Shown here: positions 18,601 to 30,400 of the stretch, piece after piece | How positions within the stretch are numbered: position 1 is the first letter of the stretch | Layout: each line of letters starts with the position of its first letter | Source: Paraspadella gotoi | Lineage: Eukaryota > Animalia > Chaetognatha | Reading direction: 5' to 3' | NCBI GenBank assembly: GCA_051294375.1 | Contig: CM119265.1 | Location: forward strand, 4,997,951-5,061,950 | Length of the DNA: 64,000 nucleotides | The notes under the pieces: generated by a model | Seen by the model: the letters and a program-made list of their open reading frames with translations, nothing else | Databases searched by the model: none | Told to the model about the DNA's origin: nothing | Made by a program: the position numbers and the translations under genes

Positions 18601-20876
18601 TTAACAGGCCCCAGGGTGAACTGAGAAATTGAGAAAGTCTTGCAAAAAAATGTGAAAGTTACCTGAACCTTGAATGCTTGGACGTACACCAGAGAGACTA
18701 ATAAGTTGGCATCCGATGTTAATATAAGTATTATTAGGTCCAGGAACATACTGAGAAGCCGTTTGTACAAAAGGTCCCGTACTTCTAATTAACTGCTGGC
18801 CAGTTGACGCACTATTGCTCGGATTAACCTTTTAAAAACAAGGATTATATATGCCTAAAGTTTATCGAAGTGCCTCACTCTTAAACACGTATACACAATA
18901 AGAGATAAAAAAAGGGAGGAAGAAACCATATAACGCGATAGGTATACTTGAACAGAATGACCAACCGGAGAATTGTTAGACAAATGTATAATTAGGAGCA
19001 GGGAAAGGATAATAATATTATTAAAAATAGTTGAAAGTAATTGATAGAACAAATGATCAATTATCATAGTTTTCATATTAAAGTGACATATGCAACGCCT
19101 AATTTACCTGAGGAGCCTGAATTAGAACTTGTTGCCCATTAATAGTTTGAATTATTTGCTGCTGGGGAATGACTCCTTGCTGAATTTGATTAGGGATCGA
19201 CGTTCCTTGTGAGGCTTGAAGAACTTGCTGTGGTAGTTGTGTTCCTATAGCTGAATGGCCGGTTAACGACATAGGCTGCTGCAGTTGAACAGTTGGCACA
19301 TGTTGCATCGATAGTGTAGAGAGAGTTTGTTGAGGATTTTCGGTTCCAATGTTGTTGCTAGCGGATGAAGATTGTGAAACAGGCTGAGCGCCAACGGATA
19401 TAGGTGCCGAATTTTGTTGACCACTATGAGCCAACGACGTTTGAAGAAGTGTGGGTTGTTGAACGAGAGCCTGTTGCATCTTAACAGCAGCAAGCTGTTC
19501 CTGGGTCAAGGGCTGCAGCTGTCCTTGAGAATTCACAATCATGAGTTGCTGTCCAGGAGGAAGGGCTTGACCTAAAAATTAAACAACTGCATTTTACACA
19601 ACATCTCTAATTAAAAATTATATAAATTCATACAGGAGTTTTTAGTCTTACCTAATTGGTATGGTTGCGGTTGTATAGATAATGAAGATGAAGCCGTTAA
19701 TGCCTGAAAAAAAAATATCAATTTTACCTAGAGTGATATACGTCATGAATATTAGTAAAAAAAAAACAAATATAAAAATATGAACATTTGACTAATTTAA
19801 CTGCATCTAAGGCCGTAAAAAATGATACCTGTTGCGGATGTCCAACGCCAACTGGTTGAGATTCTGTCATAGTATGAGCATGAAGTGGCGCGGGAGGAGT
19901 TGGTGGTTGTGCTATGGTTTTTAAACTGCTGGCACGTGATAAATTTAAGGAGGGTGAAAATTTGGAAGACTCCAAATTTTTCGCGCTTTTTGATTTTTTG
20001 GTTTTTTTCTTTTTTACACTGGTCTCTAAATGCTGAGCCATCGCATAACTCTGAGAAACAATATTTTGTGTCGAAGATATTTCATTTGAGACAAGAGAAC
20101 CGTGATGCAATTGCTGGGGATCATTCACAATTTTGCCAACAGTTTGTTGAACGGCTGGTTGTTGCAAGTGAATGCCAAGTTGGGTTAAATAGTTGGGTGG
20201 TAAATTAGCAGAGCTCTGTATCATAGTTTGTTGGCCATTGTCTGGATTTAAACAGACAGATGGAACGTCGCTTCCCTGGTATGCAACGGAGTCAGTATGG
20301 CCTACTTGATATTGAGGGGCAACTACAACATGAGTAGTACCCCCGTTTGGAGCAGTATGTTGTACCGTTATGGCGCCAGTTTGTGAAATTTGTTGAACAA
20401 TAGTCTGAACAAAAATTTAACAGAAACAAAGTAAAAGAACCAATTTAAAAAACTAAAAATCCGGGAAAAACTAAAAGGGAATAAAAAAAATATTGAACTG
20501 ATTAAAATTAGCACCTGCGATGGCGGTTGCGCGGGCTGAACCGCCGCCCATGATTCCGAGGTCGTTATCGATGGAGAAAGAAGTCCAGCAGAATCAGCCT
20601 TAACAAAAATAATTATAATTGCCAAAGTGCAAAAAAAATCGACTATTTAACAACAGGTTAATATGAAACGTTTTACTAACCCCAGTTCCAGTATTAGGAG
20701 AAAGCAGCAGGGCATCGTTTTCAAAAAACGTGGGAGAAAGTTCACCGTTACCGAAAAATTCGTCCAACCCATCATCGCTAAAATATAGATTTAAACATTA
20801 CTCGATCAACCCTTTCTTTAAAAATTAGTAGTCTATCCTACCCCAAAATAGCCGCCGCTTCCTCGTCGTCCATCAT
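12675..20876 (-). CDS. BICRA: BICRA/GLTSCR1-like (GBAF/ncBAF subunit), multi-exon, Q/S/T-rich
   Basis: N-terminus MMDDEE; GLTSCR1 domain PDIKTPFRSFRDIAERLAKYHVYQ...VDRVFETVSKNLLTKAENMMERFR...VMIQRMWLEKEK; C-terminus DAAIKNILL*. Confidence 0.85.
13457..13667 (+). mobile_element. Family A solo LTR (3'-rearranged)
   Basis: TATGGTGG...CTTCA; flanks cagg/cggg (3/4 match). Confidence 0.8.
14643..14876 (+). mobile_element. Family A solo LTR, 234 bp, with tRNA-Gly-like segment at 14676-14747
   Basis: Near-identical to 42464-42697 and 50352-50585; flanks aagt/aagc. Confidence 0.9.
16255..16475 (+). mobile_element. DINE-1/HINE-like (Helentron non-autonomous) 5' fragment
   Basis: agccgga...tccggct hairpin, GTCC/GTCT microsatellite, similarity to 30122-30872. 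Confidence 0.55.
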
Positions 20877-21509
20877 AATGCGGCAGGAAGAATACCGCCG
20901 TTAAAAACCTTTTAATCACCCTCCGGGCTTATTCGTATGGGTTATTGAACGTTCCATCCACATGTCGAAGGATAACCTTTTTCTTTTATTTTAATCAGCG
21001 AATGAAGGTAATTTACACCGCCGTCTTAAGTGGCGCTCTGGAGGCAGTATTTGTATACAAAAAGATCCAGGACGATGACTTCATAGTTTTAAGAGCGAAA
21101 GTGGAGCGAGAGTGTGAGAAGAATCCTGGATGCTTATTGGCGGAGGAGCGCGGACAGCATTGGCTTTTCAGCGATGGCACTGTCGCTCGCGGCGTGCATG
21201 TGCGTAGCACTTGCACGAAACGAGAGGGAAATCCAGAGATCGCTCGATCCTCGGTTTTTTGACGAGACGCCCGGTCTGAAATGAAAGTTTTTGAAACAGT
21301 GATAAAAAGTCGAACGAACACACAAAGAAATATTCACCCCTGGTTTTTAAACATCCGAAAGGTCATTAGACCTCAAATTATTTAATTTTATCGCTCATAC
21401 ATTCTTACTATTATACATTAACAGCACGATATTCTAGGGTTTAACATTTTATTATTAGTACTAAATGTACTCCTAAAACGAGGCACTTCCCTTGAATTTA
21501 GGTTACTTA

Positions 21510-21760
21510 CGTTCAACGGCTGTAATGAGCACCCAACACTGTCGTTTTAGACTAGTTCAGATATAAAATTAAGTGTGGGTCTGGAATTATGCGATCAGAC
21601 CTTTTCGTGGCGTCGAACTGTGACGTCACCAACATGGTTCAGCTTTTGTGTATTCAATGTTTGACGTCAACGGAGAATAACCAATCCGAAAGGCGGAAAG
21701 AAGAGCAACTGTTAAAAGTCAACTCGTTGACTTCATTTGAGTCAACGAACCAATAGGGTT
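21510..21760. promoter_or_regulatory. Probable BICRA promoter/first non-coding exon region
   Basis: Two perfect CRE palindromes TGACGTCA (21621, 21662), CCAAT (21681, 21751), GGCGGAA, and a minus-strand GTAAGT donor near 21510. Confidence 0.5.
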
Positions 21761-23827
21761 CCCGAGGATGCGATCATTGATTAAGGTTTTCTGCTATTCT
21801 GATTCTCCTATTATTAATATCCTAGTATTAATATACGAGTTAACATTTTCTCTATTAATCGATAATAAAAATTATAAATTAAACATCTTCAGCAATATCG
21901 AGATAATTTTAAATTTAATTTCATAAAAAAAATTAAAAAAACTGAATTCAATATCCATATAGTTTCAACTTTTTTAACTTTCACGATTGCATATTCTTGA
22001 AACATTTTTAAAAAATTATATCAAATTATAATTCATTATAAATTAAAATCAAGTTAATTTGATATAAACAAAAAACTAATAAAATTAAAAAGTAAACGAT
22101 TGAATTCTAATTATATACATTATATAATTGTATCCTTCTTAAATAATTCAGTTGAAAAACTTTAAAAATAGTAATATAAATAGTTTATAATGATGCTGTC
22201 AATAATAACTGTCAATATAATTGACAATAATAGTATTTCGATAATTATTTAAAGTACCGCCACCTTTTAAAACATAAGACCAATTTTTTCTCAAACTTCA
22301 GGCTGGATTGTAAACGATGATAATCAATTTTTATCTTTTGACAAGTGCCTACTTTGAGTTAAGACCAGTTAGATCTTGTTAATACTAGTTATTTCGTTAG
22401 ATTACTAACTTATTATTTCCGCTTGGTCCGAGGATATCCTATATAAGTTCATAATAGGATAATATATTTAACCACAAACTGGTTATTAATTTCGAGCCAA
22501 TTGTAAAGTACGGACGATCATTTTACACAATGTAGTACCCTAGCTTTCGTAATTATATCAATTTATTAATATTACGAACCGTCTCCAATGCGCTACTGGG
22601 TGGACCGGGTGCCGCGGGAGTCCAAGTTCCTACCGATTTCCTTCCACGCTTTGTTCACGTGGTCTTGTTGTTGCATCGGCCTTTTCTCCTCTTCCTCCTC
22701 CCTATAGCTCCCATGCTGGAGAAATTTGAGAGTCGAGTGCCTGATGCGAGGAGCTAAATCTAGTCTTTCTACATACAACATTAAATTAAATCTGCAGCTG
22801 ATATCTTACGTAAACCTTTTTAACTAAATTGTTGAAATTATTTATTTTGATGTCGTTTTTGTGCCGTTTTTTGTGTGTGAATAACGTATCATAATGATGT
22901 ACTCACTGCCGGTTCCGATTTTAAAAACTTTTTAAAAAAAAAATTTATACGCTCAAAATTAATCTCAATAATTTGAGGTTTCCTTAAATAAATTAACTGA
23001 TTAAAATCTTTAATAGTAAATCTTTGAAAGTATAGGTTTAATTAAATCTAACCTAAATCAAATGTAAGTGATTTAGTTTTATGTTAAACTATATAACGTT
23101 TTTAATGTTTTATAAAATCATAATCTTAAATATTTTTTACTAAACGTACAGATTTTCAAAAAAACAGCTATTGATCATTAAAAAGCTGCTTATAGATACT
23201 GTATACCAACACTCAAAATAATAAATCTTTGATATAAAAATTAAGACACCTAATAAATCTATCTCATTTTAACGACGTTTATCATTCCTGTCATTTTAAA
23301 AAGTGTCTCGAGGTCAAGTAGCTTGTATTGAATCAAAGTTCTTCTGGCTTTGCATTTGTCTAGTCTAGGGCCTTAAAATTTCTAAAATATGGAATATTTA
23401 AAAATGATGGAAGTGGCTGACTTACAAGGACAAGGAAGCCCTGACCTTTCTAAAAGCCCTTGCCCACCTTAAAAACAATTCCCAAGAATGTAAATACTTT
23501 TTCCAGCGCCTGTCCGTTGCCCTTCAACGAGGCAACGCAAACCTGCTGATAAACCGCGATTATTTACTTTCATTTACTGTTTTCGTCTAATTACTTTTTT
23601 AATAATTTGATTGTTTACCCGATTTACTATGTATTTATTCATTTTAGGCAGTTTGTTATTTTGAAAAGAAAACTTTAATTATATGGAAATTGTAGTAAAA
23701 TAAAAAAACAACTGCATGCTCTCGCTTACGCCATCAACTGCGTCATCGCCAGGCAGAGAAAAAATAACTTTTTACAGTCTTACCTCGAGCTTTGCAGAAA
23801 AAAAAGGAAAAAACTTGCATAAAGATC

Positions 23828-26800
23828 ATGTTCTTGGGAAAGATGGGCGAAAATTCTCGGCCAAATTTCGCTTCTCATACCGACATCGTTGTTCGACCTC
23901 TGAAAGAAAAGGACGTTCCGCAGATAGTACCTCTTCTCGCCAAAAATTACGAAACTCAGGATTTTCGCATTGAATTTTTTAAGCATATAATGCGCCAGCC
24001 CGCGCCCATGCTTGCTCTCCTCTTATTCGGATGCATATCGTTTTTTGTTTGGAAGAATGCTTGGTTGGCGATCATTTCGCCGGTCATTCTCTACATCTAC
24101 CTAGCAGCATTGTATCATTTCCAGGTATGACTCAAAAGGAAACGATTAAAAAATTTCTTATTAATCTCTTATTATTAATTAGGTGCACAGTGTTTTGAAA
24201 AATGTTCCTGACTTGAAAGATATAATGCAGTATTACATCCGAAAATCCGGAAATCATTTTTGGGTCGCCGTTTGTGGAGATGAAGTTGCAGGAAGCGTTG
24301 GTATAAGGACTATTAGTGAAGGTTGCGTTGAAATAAAAAGAATGCAAGTATGTATGTTTTGGGAATTAATGATAATAAATTGAAATCCCTTAAGCCAGCA
24401 CAAATTTAAATATGAATTCTAAGGCGAAGGGCAATAAAGTGTGTCTAAAGTGAAGTTGTTAGCGACTTTTTTCAATCTTTTATTTTTTTTTTTATTTTCT
24501 TTGAATAGGAAATAGAATTAATAGGAAATAAAAAAAAATTTCATCCGTCATCTTTTTTTAAATCCTTATTATGATAAACATTTGCCTTTCGATAATGTGT
24601 AACTAGTTTTTTATCAAAAAAAATTTATTTTGCCAGACGGGCGAATGCCCGACTTGGGCGAGATGTTAATTCGTTTCGGCTTCTTTTTACTGTAGTCGTC
24701 GTCGTCACGCTGTTTTAATATTGAAAAGTGTGTAACCATAAAAAGCTAAAAATTTAGATATAGCTTTTAATCAGCAAGATTTTTTTTATTCATATGTTTC
24801 ATATTCTTTCACTCATTTCTTTGTTTTATTTATAAAACATTTTTTTTTCTTCACAACTTTTTTTCTTTTTTTCTAAAAACGAGTTCGCTTTGCAGCGGCT
24901 GTCCAGCTTATCTGTATCTTTTACTATATTTATTTTACTATATATTTATTTGTTTTTATTTATAATGTATGATTATCATCGCATCAATGAATGATTATCA
25001 TTGCATCAATGAATGATTATCATCGCATCAATGAATGATTATTATTTTATCCATATTTGTTTTATCATCGCATCAATATTTGGTTATCGTCGCATCAATA
25101 TTTGGTTATCGTCACATCAATATTTGGTTATCGTCACATCAATATTTGGTTATTGTTAGGGGTAACCCCACTCAATGGAGGGAATCAAAAATTTAGAATG
25201 ATTATATGCTCAAACAAAATTTATACATTTTTAAGTATACTTTCAATGGACAAAACATTTCTTATGTGGCTCTATACCCAAATAATTAATTTTTTAATAT
25301 TTATTTATAAATAGGAAAGGCCAAATTTTTTTTTGATAATTTTTAAATTTTAAAACCAGATTCAGATAGCTCATAAAAAGTTGTCTACACAAAGTATAAT
25401 TCTTTTTTAAATATTTTAATGATAAGTAAGTCAAAAATAAGAAAAACCGTAAAAAATCATCATCATCATCATCTTTCGATGATTTTATCAGTTTTTTTAT
25501 TTTTTCACATAGAAAACGTAAGAATTTTTAAAAGCTGTAATTATATTTCTTATTTAACTTTTAATGCTCTATCAGAATCCATCAAAAAATTTTAAGATTT
25601 CTAAAAAAAATTTTTATAATATTAAAAAAGACAAGTAATATTTAATGTATTAATCAAGACGTATAATATAAGTTGTTTTTGAAAATGATTGTTTAAATAT
25701 TTAGTCAAGACAACTAAAAGTACTTTGCTAATAGTCGAAATTTTATATTATCTCTGGAGTTGGTCCCTATTATTGTCGCATCAATATTTGGTTCTCATCG
25801 CATCAATATTTGGTTATCATCGCATCAATATTTGGTTATCATCGCATCAATAATTGGTTATCATCGAAGGTAGGCTCGATCCTATTCTTTTAAGATTTTT
25901 TATAGTTTTGGCTGGGACTTACTTAAATAAAAATTATTATGAATAACAATGAAGTTTTATAAAAGTGTGCGATCATAGTAAGTTAAAAATTTAGATATGG
26001 CTTTTTATCTTGAAATAGCTTTGAAATTTTCATATTACATTTGGATTCAAGTATTTTTTGTTTGCATTAATATTTGATTATTATCACATCAATAATCAAT
26101 TATTATTACATCAATCAATCAATTATTATTACATCAATTAATTATTACAGAAGGCTTCATATTATAAAATATAGTACCTTTTTTTTTGTGACCAGAACAC
26201 GTTCCGAGAAAACTATTGAATAAATTTTAATGAAATTTGGTATGAACGATTCTTATGTGAATACAAATAAAAATATCAAAGCGAATTTCAATATTTAACC
26301 CCTGAGCCGATATATGGGGCCCGGTAGGGGTCACTCATAAGGGAAAAAAATGGTCAAAATTTGTTTTAAATTTTTTTTTGGTTTTTTTTTTTTGAACAGT
26401 TGCCCAGACGTTTACTCTTCCACAAAAATATAATTATTTCCTTAAAAATATTAGTTTACCATGAGTTTCAGCTTCATGAATATCAGCTGTTCAAGTCAGA
26501 TTTAAAATAATTTTGAAAAATTTAAAGAAAAATGATGAACCATGCATCTTCAAACTCCGATTAATTAGCAAAAAATTTATTAATTTGTTTTAAAAAATAT
26601 TTTATATGTTTAAACTATCGATGAACCTGATTTTATTAAAAAATTATAAAAATATAAAACAAATTTTTAGCCTTTTTTGGCCCCCTAGGGGTCCAGCACC
26701 AGGGCCCTGTATTTCTTGTCAGGGGTTGAATATTAAAATTTGCCTCGATAGTTCTATTTATATTGTCATTAGAACTCTAAATGTAAAATTTAATAAAATT

Positions 26801-27247
26801 CGATCCGGTTGTTTGGTGGGAACAGATTCTGATCACAAAAAAGGGGTACCTCATTTTATAATATAAAGCCTTTTGTATTATATCAATAATTCATTATCGC
26901 ATCAATAATTTGTTTGTTTTTTTTCAGATTTTTTTATTAATTTTCTTTGATAGTAACGTCTGGCGAGATTACTATACTTTTAAGATTTTTTTTATATATC
27001 TTTTGCATAGGTCTCTTCGAAATACCGTCAACGTGGCATTGCCAGCCGACTTATGGACGTGGTTATGAAATACGCAAAAAATGATTTGTCATCAAAAAAA
27101 ATAGTTCTTTCAACGACCGCAATTCAAGTTCCAGCCCAAGGAATGTACCTTAAATACGGATTCCAATACTCGCATACGGAAAAGCGATATGTAGGACCAT
27201 TAAAAATTGCGACCATGGATTTACTACATTTTTCTAAAGATATTTAA
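23828..27247 (+). CDS. NAT8/Camello-like membrane GNAT N-acetyltransferase; exons 23828-24124, 24183-24347, 27011-27247
   Basis: Hydrophobic insert, DLKDIMQYY, FWVA, EIKRMQVSSKYRQRGIA acetyl-CoA motif, QVPAQGMYLKYGF. Confidence 0.88.
24975..25865. repeat. ~22-bp minisatellite (atcgcatcaatatttggttatc) split by a ~610 bp insertion
   Basis: Arrays at 24975-25155 and 25775-25865. Confidence 0.8.
26148..26875. mobile_element. Tc1/mariner-type MITE, ~50-bp TIRs, TA TSD; partial copy at 31410-~31650
   Basis: ta|cagaaggcttcatattataaaat...attttataatataaagccttttg|ta. Confidence 0.8.
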
Positions 27248-27465
27248 TACTCATGATATTGTCAAAGTGACTTTGTACACTTTTTTTTTATTACGACGTG
27301 TTTTATTTGTTTACAATTTTTAAATTATTACATTGTTTTATATTGATTTATATTAATTTCAAAAGCAGAAATTCTTTGTACAAAACTTTCTCCAAAGTGG
27401 TTAATTTTGAGTAAGTATGAAAACGAAGGGGTTTTCCCCTACAACAAATAGACATTACAGCCGAC

Positions 27466-30400
27466 ATGGCACAGCAAAACAGGTATATTTAATATAACTA
27501 CTCCTTGTCCGTTCGCGAGTGCCACCAAAAAAATTGTTACTATACATTAAATATTTAATAAATATAATTAATAACTATATCATTAGTTGGAGAATAACTG
27601 GACGTTTTTTGTATATAAGTTTCATTTACTATTATATGTTTAATTTTTGATCTAACACAGTAAAATTGGCGAAAAAAGACCATTTTAAGCGTCTTCTTGA
27701 TTGCATTAAAAAAAATTTTACATCATCAGAAATCCCTATCAATGCTCTAATCATTCGTAATGTTTATAAATTGTTGTGTAATAATTTTTTATTTATTTTC
27801 CATTAAGAAAAAAATGCTGTATTAAGCATGTTCTTGACTGTCTTGAATAATTATTTTATATCGTAAGATTTCTAAGTTAATGCTTTATTTAATTGTGTAA
27901 ATGAATTTTAATAATTTTAAGTAATTAATGAGTATTTAATTTATAATGATTTTTTTTTAAAAGATTCAATTGTTTTACTGAAGATGAAAATGGATGACCA
28001 TTAAAGAAAGGTTGTTTTACATAAGTAAATATTGAAGAGACATTAATTATTGCTGTTAGTGAAAGAACCGTTCTATGTAAGCAGTCCCGGAGCTTTGGAT
28101 CAGACTGTAACACCGTGCTACAGGCGGGTTAAGCGCCCCATCCCTCTTAACTGCTAGGCGACCACCGGGCCCGAACCCCGGACCCCTGGGCTGGGAGGCG
28201 AACGACTTGCCTCTGGCACCAATGGCCGCTGATGAACAGTTGGTGGATTTTAGTCCACCATACATCCCCCCTCCCGTAGGGAGAAGTCTGTTGGGTCTCT
28301 TCAGTGAATTGTTGTTGGTGGAAAGTTCATCATCAAGTTGCGGCTTGTCGCCTGATGTGTTGTTTGCGGAAAGTGCATTGCCAGGTTGAGGCATGTCGCC
28401 TGAAAGTGTTGTTGTTGTGTTCAGAAGTCGGGCTCACCAATGAGAGTAATTATTGTTGTGTTAGTGACAGAACTGTTCTATGTAAGCAGTCCCTGAGCTT
28501 CGGATCAGGCTGTAACACTGTGCTACAGGCGGGTTAAGCGCCCCATCCCTCTTAACTGCTAGGCGACCACCGGGCCGGACCCCTGGGCAGTGGGCTGGGA
28601 GGCGAACCACTTGCCTCCGGCAGCAATGGCCGCTGATGAACGGTTGGTGGATTTTAGTCCACCATAATATAAAATTAATTTTATGAAATTAAAATATAAT
28701 AAACGTCCAGTACTTTTCTATAAAATTTTAAAAAATATTCATCCAAATACGCATTTTTTTGGTGTCGCTTGTGAACGGACATGTAGTATAAATTGCGCCA
28801 ATGGTCCTAAAAAATTAAAAATCATACCTTTTTAAAGTGCTATTCATCTTTTTGCGGGTGGCATGGGTGGAACAGTTGGGGCCATAGCAACATGCCCCTT
28901 GGAGGTGGTCAAAACTCGTCTGCAATCATCCTCAGCCAATTTCAGAGTAGTAACGTTGAATCAACAGCCCAGGTAAATTTGATAAACTAATACAAAATGT
29001 AGTGAGATTTTAAAATTAACACTCATTTTCAGCGCCTTCACTGGAGTCGGAGCTTTACAATCTCAGAAGCAAATGGGACTGATCTCGTGTATAAAGAACA
29101 TAGTCGAAGTAGAAGGTGTTCAAACGAAAGAAATATAATTTTTGTTTATATATTTCAATAGATTTGGCCAAATCCTGCATTTTTTTATATCTTAACTTGT
29201 TTCAGGTGTTCGTGCACTTTGGAAAGGCCTCGTTCCAAATCTCGTTGGTGTAGCACCGTCACGTGCAATCTACTTCTATGCTTACCACAACAGCAAATCC
29301 TTCCTAACTGGACAAATGTCGATTCCAGAGTCCTCATACGTCCACATGGCGTCTGCCTTCTGCGCAGGATTTACGGCCTGCTCTTTAACGAACCCTATAT
29401 GGCTGATCAAAACGCGCGTACAGCTGGACCGCAGTCGTTCGGCTACCGGCTCAAAGTTCACCGTCCTACAGTGCATAAAACTAGTATACAAAGAATCCGG
29501 ACTGAAAGGGTTTTACAAAGGGATAACCGCTAGCTACTACGGAATATCAGAAACTGTCGTGCATTTCGTTATTTACGAAGCATTGAAAAAAATCATCTTA
29601 AATAGAAACCAAGAACGGGAAGGGAGAAATCCAGATGAAAAAAGACTAAAGGATTATTTCATGTTCATGGTCGCCGCCGCTTGTTCCAAAACGAGCGCCT
29701 CTACTATTTGTTATCCACACGAGGTAAATTCGTTTTCCATCGCTCCTCACAACAGAACCATTGGCTAAATTTTACTTTTGCCGACCACGGTTATGGCGGC
29801 TTTTGAAAAATCATTTAAAAATCTTTATTTTAAAAAAAAATTATTTAATTACCCTAACCTTAAACCCTCTTAACCCTAAACCCTCTTAACCCTAAACTAC
29901 CCCTAAATTACTCTTAACCCCCTACATTATTCTTAACCCTAACCCTTACTTAACCCTAACCCTTACTTAACCCTAGTCGGCGAAAGTAAAAGTAACCCAA
30001 ACACAATCATATTATAGTGTACATATTGTAGGTACATTCATAGTGTACCTATGATAATAAAATTGTGAATGCTTTCTTTTGTTGTATTTAGGAATTTGTT
30101 TGAGGGGAAAAAATTTATATTTTTAGTCGGATCTGCTTTCTGCAGATCCCGACTCTATAATTCATTTCCGTCGGTCGGTCCGCCCCCTCAATCTTGTCGG
30201 GCATTTATTTATATCATGTCAGAACATCGAATTATGATAAATGATGCAAAAAAAAAGATGTCCGTCCATCCGTCCGTCCCACCTTAGCAAAAAACACCAA
30301 TTACTCGTGATTGGATGGATGGATTGGAATGAAATTTTGTGTGTGGGTAGGGAAGTGTGTGATTGAGCTGAATATGAAGTTTCGATGGAATCGTCCGAGT

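Noticed and set aside
24975-25865. CRISPR-like array
   Set aside because: Head-to-tail minisatellite with no unique spacers, in a eukaryotic context with no cas genes.
28634-28666. CTGATGA in family A suggesting a hammerhead ribozyme (retrozyme)
   Set aside because: No stem II-GAAA follows and no NUH site is suitably placed; it is also antisense to the PBS/PPT polarity.
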